Shown piece after piece: positions 25,915 to 43,480 of a stretch of 64,000 nucleotides of DNA. The notes below the pieces were generated by a model. It did no database searches. It was not told the DNA's origin and saw only the letters and a list, made by a program, of their open reading frames with translations. Location of the stretch: NCBI RefSeq assembly GCF_009914755.1, contig NC_060926.1; one strand, given 5' to 3'. A program made the position numbers and the translations under genes. Each line of letters opens with the position of its first letter. Position 1 is the first letter of the stretch. This DNA is from the human T2T-CHM13v2.0 reference genome, Homo sapiens.

Positions 25915-26368
25915 TTTATATAAATTCTATTTAAGTGTTTTCACTGGTGTCGCATTTATTTCTTGTTAAGTTGCATTTTCTAATTACAAAAGTAATGCAT
26001 GATTATGACAGAAAGTTTGGAAAATATAGAGGTTCACACACACATGCCTTCATTGCGTGTGCATGCATAAATGCATGAGAAAAGAAAAATAACCAGTAAT
26101 CGCATCGCCCAGAAATAACCCCAGTTACAATTGTGGCAAATACACATACTTATAAATATTGCAGATATATTAAGTATACCTAGTATTTGCTAACACTCTT
26201 TCTTCTACTCTGTCATGAAGATTCTCCCAAGGTGTTTTTGTATAATATTTAATTCATTTTCAGTGGCCAAGCAGTATTCTACTTCATGGATATACCAGGA
26301 TTTATTTAACCATAACTTCTGGTTGGATTCACTCTTATTATTTTGTTTAATTAAAAAAAAAAGACCTC

Positions 26369-26710
26369 GGCTGGGCACAGTGGCTCATGCCTGTAATCCC
26401 AGCACTTTGGGAGGCCGAGGTGGGTGGATCACCTAAGATCGGGAGTTTGAGACCAGCCTGGCCAACATGGCAAAACCCCGTCTCTACTAAAAATACAGAA
26501 AATTAGCCGGGTGTGGTTGCCAGCACCTGTAATTCCAGCTAATTGGGAGGCTGAGGCAGGAGAATTGCTTGAACCGGGGTCAGGGGGTTCGGAGGTCGGA
26601 GGTTGCAGTGAGTCCGGATCATGCCACTGCATTCCAGCCTGGGTGACACAGCCAGACTCTGTCTCAAAAACAACAACAACAACAAAACAACAACAACAAC
26701 AACAACAAAA
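26369..26710 (+). mobile_element. Alu (AluS-like) with (CAA)n tail
   Basis: Canonical two-arm Alu with a small extra GGAGGTC-type insertion near 26580-26600. Confidence 0.95.
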
Positions 26711-28389
26711 ATCTCACTGGACATCCTAGTAGCTAAGGCTTTCCACATATTCATGATTACTTCTGTTGGAAAGTGCTTTACAACAAATTGCTAGTTGTCT
26801 CAGTCTGGGTTCCCCTGAGATGAGGATTCAAGGGCCAGGAGTTTATTTAGGAAGTAAAGGAAACACTGATAGAGGAGTGGCAGAGTGAGAAGGGGTGATG
26901 GTCATCCACAGCTGGCTCTCTTGTGGTCAATCGGAGCTTAATCCTGCTGGGTGACTCTGGGAGCCAGTGGAGAAAAGACACCCCAGACTTATCCCAATGA
27001 GGAACACGGCTGTTGGGTGCTTGAGTACTTGCCTCGTCAGGGATTGAAACGTACTCCCAGGTAGTAGTAATTTCTCTGCCCTTCCATTAGGCCACAAAGG
27101 GGGCTCTGACAGAGAGAGCTGACGAGAAAAAACACACGCCCTTGTCACTGAAGAGGTACACAGGGGATCTGTGTGGGGCACCACCTGCACTGCTACCCTG
27201 GACAAATAGCTTAAGAAATCCCCACACTGCATCCCCAAACTTACTATCAGCGTGTGAGGGAGACAGGTTCCCACACCCTCATTAGCACAAAGTACTATCT
27301 TGAAAAAGAAAGCCTGTCAGTTTGATAGGAGAAAAGCAGGATCTTGTTTACAATGTGCTTTTATTATTGTTATTATTAGAGATTGTATTTCTTTTCAAGC
27401 TGATGAGCCGTCTGTGTTTATTTTTTGGAGGATACCCTTTGCCCACTTTCCTATTGGAGTGTATTACCCTGAGGATTTGGTAAGAGTGCTTATTGCATTC
27501 ACCAGAATGTCCTTTTTGTCATTTACTGTATTTTCTCTACTTTTTTTTTTTTGCCTTGTTTTACTTTTTTTGTTTTGTATTACAAGCAGAAGTTTTAAAT
27601 TTGTAAGCTTCAAATTGGAGCTGGGGTGGTGCAGAGCGAAGATTTCAGCTGGTTCCCTGACCCCAGCTCCATCTCCTTCCCTAGGCAGTGGCTGGAACAC
27701 ATTCTGTCCACTATTTCCCTCTCTACATCCTTGAGGCTGTGCAGTTACCCCTCAACTACGTTCACCCTCCTTCAAAGCCCTTCCTGGTCCACCCGGGGAC
27801 CATCTCCCGGCCTCACTGCCCCTAGCTCCTTGACGCCCCAACCTCTCTCAGGGACCCCAAGTTGCCATGACCTCTAGCCAGCTCATGTTCATTTGCACCT
27901 TCGTGTCTGCAGCACTGAGGCACTCTTGTTTACAAGTGAGAGAACCCAACTCGGGATACCTTAAGCATAAACAGTATTTTTGTAAGGAGACAGGCTTCTG
28001 ACGACGCGAGGCTCATAGCCAGGCCTGCGCTGGGTGGAGCCTCCCCTTCTCACTCCTGTCCCTGTTGGGTCAGAGTGCCAGCTTTCCTCTTCCCTCTCCT
28101 CCGGGTCTTTTCGGCCCCTCAGTCCCCATATTCCTCTGCCCTAGCTCCCAAGATCCCACAAGAGACAGACTGGATTCTCTCTGGCCTGGAGTGCCACCTT
28201 CCTGAAAGTCAGAATCTGATTGGTCCAGCTGGATCAGGTGTCCTCTCCCTGTCCAATCATCAATGCCGAGAGGGATTACGGAGAGAAAAACATGGCTCCC
28301 ACCATCCCATTGCTGTGGCTGCTTGGGCCACGGGAGAGGGAACCTTGTGAGCCGGGCAGAATCCACCCTGTAGAGACTGCCTCTGGGTG

Positions 28390-28758
28390 AGTCATATGGT
28401 TTGGCTGTGTCCCCACCCAAATCTCATCTTGAATTGTAATTCCCATTACCCCCATGTGTCATTAGAGGGACCTGGTGGGAAGTGATTTGAATTATGGGGG
28501 CAGTTATCTCCATGCTATTTGTGTGATAGTGAGTTCTCACAAGATCTGATGGTTTTATAGGGGGCTTTTCCCCCTCTTGCTCATACTTCCTCTTGCCTGC
28601 CACCATGTAAGATGTGCCCTTGCTCCTCCTTCACCTTCTGCCATGATTGTGAGGCCTCCCCAGCCATGTGGAACTGTGAGTCCATGAAACCTCTTTTTCT
28701 TTATAAGTTACCCAGTCCTGGGTATTTCTTCATAGCAGTATGAAAATGGACTAATACA
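28390..28758 (+). mobile_element. THE1 MaLR solo LTR
   Basis: ATATGGTTTGGCTGTGTCCCCACCCAAATCTCATCTTGAATTG...GGACTAATACA. Confidence 0.9.
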
Positions 28759-28983
28759 GTCAGCTTCTGCACAATATTTCCATTTTCCCACATTATGTCT
28801 TGGGCCTTTTGTGTATTTAAGCTCACAGGATGCTACGAATAAAGCGTTTTCTTATTTCCTGGGTAGTTCCCATAGAAGTAGTGGTGCAACGTGCCATAGA
28901 GTGACAGCACCTAAGAGAAGCTGATTTTGTGAGTGGATTGTGAGTTCAATATTGTTGTCATAATCAGAAAAAAATGTATTTAC

Positions 28984-29193
28984 TTTTTTTTTTTTTTTTT
29001 TGAGATGGAGTCTCACTCTGTTGCCCAGGCTGGAGTGCAGTGGTGTGATCTTGGCTCACTGCAACCTCCGCCTCCTGGGTTCAAGTGATTCTTCCTACCT
29101 CACCCTCCTGAGTAGCTGGGATTACAGGCACATGCCACCCCACCACACCCGGCTAATTTTTGTATTTTTTAGTAGAGACAGCGTTTCCCCATG
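28984..29193 (-). mobile_element. Truncated Alu
   Basis: Poly-T, right arm and linker, ending abruptly. Confidence 0.9.
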
Positions 29194-29344
29194 AAAAAAA
29201 GTATTTTCAATTTGGAAAGCCAAGCAGAGCCCCCTTCTTCCTCCTTGGTCTCACTGTCTTCATGTCCTCTGTAGATAACATGCTCAGGGGCCTCTTACTT
29301 TTGGCCATGGCTTACACACTCGACCTGTGTGTAATTTAAAAATG

Positions 29345-29815
29345 ACCCCTTTCTCCACTCCTCCTGATTGCCATATCCTTCACAATGTGACTTTGCAACT
29401 CTTCTCATGAAAAGGAGGAATCTATTTCTCCAGCCTGTGGGTCCTGGCTGGCCTGTGACCTGCCCTGGCTGACAGAGTGTGGCAGGTGATGAGCACTGGT
29501 TTCAAGTCTAGGCCTCAAGAAGCCTTCATATTCCCGCTCACTGTCTCAGAACCCTGTCCAGCTGCTATGAGAACAGCCTGGGTGAGCCCTGCTGCACAAT
29601 GTCCCCATCACCCTAGTCATTTCAGCCAATAGCGAGCCAATGGCCAGCCCTCTAGCTGTCTGAGATACATGGGTGAGACTCTAGTTGTGCTTGGCTGGAC
29701 AGAGCACAGATCCACAGACCCACGCAGGTGACTCATACACTTGTGAACTATAATAATCGGTTGTTTTCAGTCATTAAGTTTTGAGGTGGTTTGTTACACA
29801 GCAATTGCTGACACA
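29345..29815 (+). mobile_element. MLT1-family LTR
   Basis: Ends TAAGTTTTGAGGTGGTTTGTTACACAGCAAT. Confidence 0.6.
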
Positions 29816-31409
29816 TTCACTTCTGGCTCTAAATGTATCACTTTTCATGTGTTGAGTCTGAAGACCTTCAGAGGACAGAGATGTGTTCCACCTACCCTAT
29901 ATCCACTGCAGCATGGAAAGCCATGCTTAGCTGCACACAGTAGGCGTGCAGTCTGGGCCTGTGGAATGGACTTGGCAACCACATCACCTCAGTGATCTTT
30001 CAAACGGAAAAGAAGGCTCAGTGGGGAGTGGGAGGAGGTAGTGCAGAGGGGCAGTCCTGTGAAAGAAGGGGCATGGGATAGCTGCTTGTGTCTATTTCAT
30101 GTTGATCAATGTATCTCCAAGTGCAGAACAAGGAATAACGCAGGAATTTTATGAGGAAGAAATGTTGGGCATGATAAGAAAGCTCATTTTCTAACCATCT
30201 GAATTCCATGAAGTAGAAAGAGGCTGGTCCTGAGAGTAATGAGCTCCCTCGTATTGGAGGTGTCCAAGCACAGGCTGAGGAACTCCCATTTGGCTGGATG
30301 GGCAAACTTGGAGTGGAAATTCCACTTAAGCAACCTTGGCCCTAGATGTCTCTGAGTTTTGTTCCTGTTGTCTTGCAGTGCATAGAAAGATTTCCCAAAG
30401 GCCAATATTTCATTGTTGTACCTATGATCTGGATCATCTCTCCTAGCTATAAATGACAGGGAAATCCTTTGGGCTCCACTTTTGGTTTAGGAAATCAGGG
30501 TGCCTCCTCTCCTACCTGTCTTTGATGTTCTTTATCTTGTAAGTATTGTGCTAGTGGAAATCCAATTTCTTATCCTGCAAGTCATCCAGTCCCCGGGAAG
30601 GAGGAGTGCTCTCCCCAGGGCCTCTCAGTCTGCCCCTCCTCTCCTCTCCAACTGTCCTGACCACACCTCCCCACCCAGGGCTCACATGACTGTGTTCCCC
30701 TGGGACTTGGTTGTAAGCCATCCCCACTTCTACCATCTCCCTTTCCCAAACAGGCCCCTGTACTTCAGCACACACATGTGAATAACAGAAATGTTGAATG
30801 ACAACATGATGTGGAGTTTTCACCCCAGAGCCCTGTGCACTCTTCAAAGACCTGGGTTGATAGAGACTCAGGGAGGCAGTTGGATCTCAAAGTTCCGAGG
30901 GTCTGGGATCTAACGGTGATAGTTCTAGTGAAACCCTCCCACCCTTCCAGGAGACCCATTCCTATAAGAAATATGACTGAAGAGCCCAGCTGTCTCACTT
31001 TGATAACCAATTCTTCCATTTGCATTTCCATTGATGTGTATTGGGCCAAGAGCAGAGCTTTTTCTTGTGGTTAATATCTGTTTAATCCAGAAGAAGACCC
31101 TAAGGAAAGGTCAGTATTTAGGTCCCAGAGTAGCTCTTTAAAATCCTTTAAAGGAAAAGAGAGTATGGGATAGTAAAGGGCCATGGGATGGATCTTTGAG
31201 GATCAAGGAACTTGGGACAGGAGGAGAAAGGATCTGAGAGCCTTTCTTCCACCATCTCGACATCTATGTTGGTGTTTCTCAATTTTTAAGAAGCTGTGGA
31301 TGTTGAGAGAACCCCTTAAAGGAGTTATGAGAGATACTGATATGAATTTCTCATTAGCCATTAATTATCAGTGTGTAGAAGAGAGGGCGAGAGGGCTCTT
31401 TTAAACTAA

Positions 31410-31940
31410 GGATATTATCTATTGCTGTGTAACAAATTATCATAAACTCAGTGGCTTAAAAGAACATCCATTGATTATCTCACGGTTCCACTGGCCAGGA
31501 GTCTAGGCATGGCTTTCCTTGGTCCTTTGTTTAGGGTCTCAGAGACTGCAGTCCTTTCTGGAGTCCAGCTTCCTCTTCCAAGCTCATGTGCTTATTGGAG
31601 AATTCAGTTTCTTATGGTTGTAGGACTGAGGCCCTCAGTTCCTTGCTACGTGGCCCTCACCACAGGCAGTTTGCATCATGGCTGTTTACTTTTCAAGGCC
31701 AGTAGAATGTTTCTGTTCAATCTGATAAGAGGGAATCTCATGTGGCATAGTGTGATCATGGGAATGACATCCCACCATCTTTGCCATATGATGTAATCCA
31801 CTCGAGAGAGGGTCACCCATCACCTTTGCCATATTCTGTTGATTAGAAGGAAGTCACAGGTTCCACCCACACACCCTCAAGGGGATGGCTTTATGGAAGG
31901 GTGTGGGTCGTTGGGGTCATCTTAAGGTGTGTGTCACACC
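31410..31940 (-). mobile_element. MLT1-family LTR just upstream of the first MROH2A coding exon
   Basis: TCTATTGCTGTGTAACAAATTATCATAAACTCAGTGGCTTAAAA is a reverse MLT1 terminus. Confidence 0.65.
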
Positions 31941-31986
31941 CCGTATTTTACAAATTCTGTTGATCTCAAAAGAGCTTGAGGAAGAG

Positions 31987-32080
31987 ATGACTGAAGCCAT
32001 TACAGAAGCAGCAGTAGACTCAAGTGAGGAGGTGTCAGAGGAAAGAGACGACCTGGGGCCTCTTGAATTACATGACAGTG
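31987..32080 (+). CDS. MROH2A: MROH2A coding exon 1 (maestro HEAT-like repeat family member 2A)
   Basis: Acceptor at 31972, then ATG: MTEAITEAAVDSSEEVSEERDDLGPLELHDS(G)|gtaag. Phase fits the next exon; MROH2A is the known 3' neighbour of UGT1A. Confidence 0.88.
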
Positions 32081-32298
32081 GTAAGAATGTCATCCACATT
32101 TCTGCTTTCCTGCCCCATCTCAGACACTAACTCTTTGACTGCAGCCCCAGCCTAGGTCTCCCTTTCTCCATCTGCACAGTGGACATCATACCACACATGA
32201 AGCTGGAGCTGCGCAGGTGGAGGCAAGGCCAGGGACACAAGGGCACCTCCTGTCATGGTCATTTCCACACTGCACCTGGGTGGCGTTTGTTTTCATAG

Positions 32299-32480
32299 GT
32301 ACCTTTCAACAAGTCGTGAACCTTCTGGACATCATTGACAGCGAGTCAGCAAAGACGGACACAACAGGGGCAGGCCTTGACATGCGGAAGACCCTGGCCT
32401 CGGTGATAATCATGGAGAAGGCCACCACTGAGCCTTCTGTAGTGATAAACACTCTCATCCGCTGCCTGCAGGTGCCAGAG
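32299..32480 (+). CDS. MROH2A: MROH2A coding exon 2
   Basis: tag|GTFQQVVNLLDIID...LIRCLQVPE|gtagg. Confidence 0.9.
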
Positions 32481-32959
32481 GTAGGGCCATCTTACCCACT
32501 GGGCTCAGCCACCTTTAGCTCTGTGTGCATCCATCCACCACCCAGCACATAGTTACTGACTATCAGAGATGTGATGTGTGGTACTGGGATACAGAGATGG
32601 GCAAGACTGTGAGGTGCTTACTCCCTGAGGACCAATTGGGACCTGAGATGTTCATAATTTTTAAAAGTTCCCTTGTCTTCTGACACAGTGGGTTTGGGAG
32701 CCATTGTCCTACAGCACATGAGCTGAGTTGCAAAGATGTTGAGCCAGTGGGCATGGGAGAGTAAAGATACACCAGACACAGTGTGCAGGGATGTTTGGCT
32801 AGTGGGGAGATGCCTAGCTGGGTTAAGGGGCTGGGGTAGAGGATGTTGGAGGGAGTGATACAAAGTGCAACCAGGGGACCTGGTGGGCTTGTACAGACAA
32901 GGTTTGCATCACGTGGTACCAGACAAGGTTTTGGACTAGACAAGGGTTTGGAACAGAGC

Positions 32960-33095
32960 TGATCCAAACCTTGCTGGGCACCACCCCCAGAGTTTCTGAT
33001 TCAGTAAGTCTGGGGTGGAGCCTGAGAATCAGCATTTCTAACAAGTTCCCAGGTGATGCCAAGGCTGATCTGGAGAGCCTACTTTGAGAACTGTT
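32960..33095. mobile_element. MER5A-like hAT MITE
   Basis: CAGAGTTTCTGATTCAGTAAGTCTGGGGTGGAGCCTGAGAATCAGCATTTCTAACAAGTTCCCAGGTGATGC. Confidence 0.8.
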
Positions 33096-33214
33096 GGATT
33101 TTAGACTACCCTTTTGTCTTGGAGTGGGTAGCAAAGGGGTGCTATAAGCAGAGGAGCTTATTTATAAAAAGTTTTATTATTTTTGTTGGATTTGGATTTG
33201 CATTTGCGTTTTCC

Positions 33215-37125
<3,911 letters not shown>

Positions 37126-37129
37126 TAAT

Positions 37130-37809
<680 letters not shown>

Positions 37810-37863
37810 CTATGATGAGACCAACAGCTCAGGAGACACTTGCTCTTGGAAGGACAGTTTATT

Positions 37864-38115
37864 GGCTGGGTATGGTGGCTCATGCCAGGAGTGCAAGACC
37901 AGCCTGGGTAACATAGCAAGACCACATCTCTAAAAAAATTAATTAATTGGGTATGGTGGCACCTGTCTGTAGTCCCAGCTACTTGGCAGGCCGAGATGGG
38001 AGCATTGTTTGAGCCCAGCATTTTTGAGTCAAGGCTGCAGTGAGCCATTTTGCACCACTGTACTCTAGCCTGGGTGACAGAGCGAGACTTTGTCTCAAAA
38101 AAAAAAAAAAAAAAA
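37864..38115 (+). mobile_element. Internally deleted AluJ-like element inserted in an older LTR-like sequence
   Basis: Flanked by AAGGACAGTTTATT and AAAGACAGTTTGTT (diverged target-site duplication). Confidence 0.8.
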
Positions 38116-38558
38116 GGAGAAAAGACAGTTTGTTACATTCCCAAGAGAGGGGGCCAACCACGCCATGCAGGGTCACACAGGGGAAGCACTAGGGTCTGTG
38201 AGGAGGCAGAGGGAGTCAGGGGAAATTATAGGCAACAGGCTTTATTGTGGTTTCTGTAGAAAGAAACTGGTGAGGTAGGGTAAGAAGGCTTAGAATTAGC
38301 TAATTTGAATATTCTCAGTGGACTCTGGGGCAAAGTAGCTGTCCCTGGCTGTTTGATACCTCCCCTGTGTGATTAGGACAGGTGGATAGTGGCCCAGAGT
38401 GTGAGAGCCCAATAAAGGAGGTGATTGGGAGAGGGGCTCTGTGTTGGTTGGAATACTGTGTTCAGGATGCCCTAATGGAGTACTATAGTATGGGTGGCTT
38501 AGAAAACAGAAATTTATTTTCTCACAATTCTGGAAGCTGGAAGTCCCTGATTGAGGTG

Positions 38559-38928
38559 CGATATGGTTTGGCTGTGTCCCCACCCAAATCTCACCTTGAA
38601 TTATAGCTCCCATAATTCCCACATGTTGTGGGACGGAACAATTGGGAGATAATTGAATCATGGGGTGGTTTCCCTCATACTGTTCTCATAGTAGTGAATA
38701 AGTCTCACGAGATCTGATGGTTTTATAAGGGGTTTCCCCTTTCTCTTGGCTCTCATTCTCTCTTGCTTGCTGCCATGTAGAACATGACTGTGTTCCCCCT
38801 TTGTCTCCTACCATGATTGTGAAGCCTCCCAACCACGTGGAACTATGAGTCCATTAAACCTCTTTTTCTTTATAAATTACCCAGTCTCAGGTATGTTTGC
38901 ATTAGCAATGCGAGAACAGACTAATACA
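38559..38928 (+). mobile_element. THE1 solo LTR nested in an antisense MLT1A-like LTR (about 38455-39222)
   Basis: (C)GATATGGTTTGGCTGTGTCCCC...GACTAATACA with 5-bp target-site duplication AGGTG at 38554-38558 and 38929-38933. Confidence 0.9.
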
Positions 38929-40036
38929 AGGTGCCAGCAAATTTGGTTTCTGTAAAGCCTTGCTTCCTTGCTGGCTTTCTTGTGTGACTGCCCTCTCACT
39001 GTGTCCTCACGTGGCTCTCCTGTGCATGCGCACAGTGGGAGAAAGCACTCTTGTGTCTTCTGCTTCTTTTATAAGGGCACCAATCCCATGAGATTAGGGT
39101 CCCACCCTTGTGACTTCATTCAACCCTAATTACCTTTCGAAGGGCTCATCTCCAAATACTATCCCACTGGGGGTTAGGGCTTCAACATAGGAATTTTTAG
39201 GGTACATGATTCAATCTGTAACAGTTGTTTTGTACTTAAAAAGCATGCTGATGGACAACTTGTTACTATCTCTAGGAACTGGCTAGCTCTGGGAGGAGTA
39301 GTCTCTCTAGGGTCAGCAAGGACCCAGGTGCCAAAGCATCAGGAAATGAAGAAAATAAGAAACCATGATTAACACACAGGTCTTAATCAGTCATCAGTGG
39401 CAATAAACAGACAATAAACAAATAGGCACATTTTAAAATTAACATGCATCAAAGATTTTATTTTCTCCTTAACTAGTTAAGGAACTAGTAAGATGTTAAA
39501 AGCTGTTCAAATGAGAATTTTACCTGTGCTTTACCAGACAAAATCCATTTGCACTGCCATGAACAGGAATCATTTTCATTCCTATGTAGGAAACACGTGC
39601 ATTGTTATCAGTTTTCTAGGATTTAACTTTTTTCCCTACAGAGATGTAAAGTAGCCTTGGCAATCACAGATGCACACTCTACAGAATCCAGTAATTCCAC
39701 AGCATCTGCCAGACAGAACCAAGCTCTGCTCTGGAAGGCCACTCAGTGATCGCTTTTGTTATTTCCAAGTCTTTGACAGTTTTTCTCTTGTGACTATAAA
39801 TATTCTCCGAAGATTATTCTTGATCACAAAAAAGGCTGATCTTCTTATAATTTGCCTGGCTATTTGTACAGGGTGCAGTAAGAGTGTTAATTAAGCATAT
39901 TGGCCTCCTTGAGTTTACTGTGAAAATCTAGAGCTTGCATTCTCAATGGGGTGATATTGCCCCCCAGTTAAGTAAAACTAGTTCTTGGGGGACAAAGAAA
40001 ATTTTACTTTTTCATTATAAAGCATGGATATGTATA

Positions 40037-40965
40037 ACACACACACACACACACACACACATATGTATATACATATACATATATATTATATATATATACA
40101 CATATACATATATAATATATATACATATACATATATATTATATATACATATATATTACATATATCATATATACATATATATCATATATACATATATATTA
40201 TATATATCATATATAATATATATTATATATATTATATATATCATATATACATATATATTATATATATTATATATATCATATATAATATATATTATATATA
40301 TTATATATACATATATATTATATATATCATATATACATATATATTATATATATCATATATACATATATATTATATATATTATATATATCATATATACATA
40401 TATATTATATATATTATATATATCATATATACATATATATTATATATATTATATATACATATATATTATATATATACATATATTATATATATACATATAT
40501 ATTATATATACATATATATTATATATATACATATATATTATATATACATATATATTATATATATACATATATATTATATATACATATATATTATATATAC
40601 ATATATATTATACATACATATATATTATATATACATATATATTATACATACATATATATTATATATACATATATATTATACATACATATATTATATATAC
40701 ATATATATTATACATACATATATTATATATACATATATATTATATATACATATATTATATATATACATATATATTATATATACATATATTATATATATAC
40801 ATATATATTATATATACATATATTATATATACATATATATTATATATACATATATTATATATACATATATATTATATATACATATATATTTTATATATAT
40901 ATAATATATATTTTATATATACATATACATATATTATATATATACACACACATATACATATATAT
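40037..40965. repeat. (CA)n plus an about 900-bp AT-rich micro/minisatellite of ~15-19-nt units (CATATATATTATATATA variants)
   Basis: Direct reading; no G on the + strand from 40066 to 40965. Confidence 0.97.
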
Positions 40966-41020
40966 GGCATTAAAGTCTCGTTGGGGTGTGATTAGGAAAA
41001 AAGTCTAAATGTCCTTGGGA

Positions 41021-41021
<1 letters not shown>

Positions 41022-41057
<36 letters not shown>
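41022..41057. repeat. (TAA)n microsatellite
   Basis: Direct reading. Confidence 0.9.
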
Positions 41058-41058
<1 letters not shown>

Positions 41059-41410
41059 GATTGAGAAACACTGGTCTTGAGCCACACAGCACTGAGCAGC
41101 TACTAAGGCCACATCATTAATTTCTGGGAGCTGTCATAGGGATTTCTGATTGGAGTTTTACAAATCCCTATTATTTGCTATCCCAAAAGTAGGAAACCAA
41201 GACCAAGACTCCCTGTACTGGATTTCACCAGTAGAACTTACACATTTGGGTGAATTCCTCTCTTCTTAAGGTCCCCAAATTTGCTAAGGATTCTGGACTG
41301 TTGGGAGTGACCTCCCTACCACCAGAGGAGGAAGGACATTTTTTCCTGAGGGCTTTGCAGGCAGTGGCTCCACCTAGAAAGTAACCCTCATTCCTTAAGA
41401 GTGGCTTGTC

Positions 41411-41812
<402 letters not shown>

Positions 41813-42249
41813 CTAAACCAGGTCATTTTCAGTGGTGATAAGCGCTATCATGCAGGAATTGGAAGAGAGTAAGAGGCAATTTTCCTGGGCCCACAGACTC
41901 CCTCAATAGGGCAAAGGCAAGGTGAGCCTGCCTTCTTTGGGCTTTCAAGATGGCCAATGCCCCATGCATAGAGAACCTTGTGTGTTGATCACTTAACACC
42001 TGCCTTGCCAGATATTTACTGAAATCGGGCAGGAATACAGATACGCAAGTCATATTGACAGGGCCAGTGGGATGAGAAGGGCAGGAGAAGCGAAGCAGGA
42101 GGATTTAGAAATGGAGGAATGGGGATCTAAGATTTGTGTGTTTGGAGGCTGGTGGTTTGGGTGTAGGGAAGGAGGACAGTGGGAGAGAGAGGTGGACTTG
42201 TGCTGGGGGCAGGGTGAGGTCCATTCCACCCACCATACTTGTTTCCCAG

Positions 42250-42381
42250 ATTTCCACCCAGCGCAAGGTCAACATTTACAACATCCTCCAGGACATCATC
42301 CAGCAGGAGGGGGAGCTGGAGGAGCAGTGCGTGCAGAGGCTGGTGGCCATTGCCTCCAAGGAGATGAGGGAGATCCCAGAG
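42250..42381 (+). CDS. MROH2A: MROH2A coding exon 3
   Basis: cag|ISTQRKVNIYNILQDIIQQ...EMREIPE|gtagg. Confidence 0.92.
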
Positions 42382-42604
42382 GTAGGACCCCAAGCTCCAT
42401 CGGTGCCTTCCCTCTGCCAGCCCAGGAGCTGGGCCACGGGGGGCCTGGCCCAGGATGCCCACAGCCCTGTGCAGTTACCTCTCAGAGCAGGGGTAAGGCT
42501 GAGCCCAAGGGAACCAGGAGGGGTGGAGAGAGCCTGGGGTAGGAAGGTTTTCCTGGAGGCCCGGCTGGTGGTGGTGCCATATGTCCCTCTTCTGTCTCCT
42601 GCAG

Positions 42605-42767
42605 ATGGAGGGCTATATGAAGGCAGAGGTGGCCAGCGACACACTGGTGGCTCTGTCCCGAAACCACTTCAGCTTGGTCATGTACGAGCTGCAGCACCAC
42701 CTCAAGCCCCTCAACCTCACTGATGAATTTGTCATCATCACACTGGCCAAGCTGGCCAACGGCAATG
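42605..42767 (+). CDS. MROH2A: MROH2A coding exon 4
   Basis: cag|MEGYMKAEVASDTLVALSRNHF...LANGN|gtagg. Confidence 0.92.
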
Positions 42768-43019
42768 GTAGGGGCTTGAGGGCCCTCAGCCGGGCCCAGT
42801 GTGCCCTTCTGGTCTCTGCCTCTCTCTGCCCCTCCCATCTATCCCTATGTTCACCTCTTCCTCTTACCTTTCATTTCTCTCTTTTTCCCTCTAAAATTGA
42901 TTCATTTTGTGTCTGCAGTCCTTTTGTCTCTTAGCTGTTAAGATTCTGTGTGTTCTGTCTCTCATCCTTCTTCCCCCTCTCTCCTGCTCCCCTCCACCTG
43001 CATTGTTCTGTCTTTCCAT

Positions 43020-43480
43020 CTCTCTTTCTTTTTTAATTTCCTTCCTTCCTTCCTTCCTTCCTCTTTCGTTTCCTTTTTTATTGCCTGCCTTACTTACTCC
43101 TTCCTCTCCCTCCCCCTTTTTCTCCTTCTTCCCTCCCTTCCTCCCTTCCTCCATCCCACCCTTCCTTCCTCCCCTTTTCTTCTCTCCTTCCTTCCTCCCT
43201 CCCCCCCTTCCTTCCTCCCTCCCTCCTTCCTTCCTCCCTCCCTCCTTCCTTCCTTTCCTTTTTAATTGCCTGCCTTACTTACTCTTTCCCCTCCCTCCCC
43301 CTTTCTTTTTCTCCTTCCTTCCTTCCTTCCTCCCTCCCCTCCCCTTTCCCTCACCTCCCCTCCCTCCCTCCCCTCCCCTCCCCTCCCCTCCCCTCCCCTC
43401 CCCTCCCCTCCCCTCCCTCCCTCCCTCCCTTCCTTCCTTCCTTCCTTCCTTCCTTCTCCATCCTCCCTCCCTTCCTTTCA
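43020..43480. repeat. Polypyrimidine (CCTT/CCCCT/CCCT)n low-complexity tract
   Basis: Direct reading; (CCCCT)n core at about 43355-43412. Confidence 0.95.

Noticed and set aside
40066-40965. Possible CRISPR-like or designed repeat-spacer array
   Set aside because: There are no unique spacers; units are slippage variants of (TA)n. The context is eukaryotic with no cas genes.
40024-40995. 323-aa Tyr/Ile/His-rich ORF
   Set aside because: Translation of the G-free AT repeat, where TAG and TGA cannot occur; not a gene.
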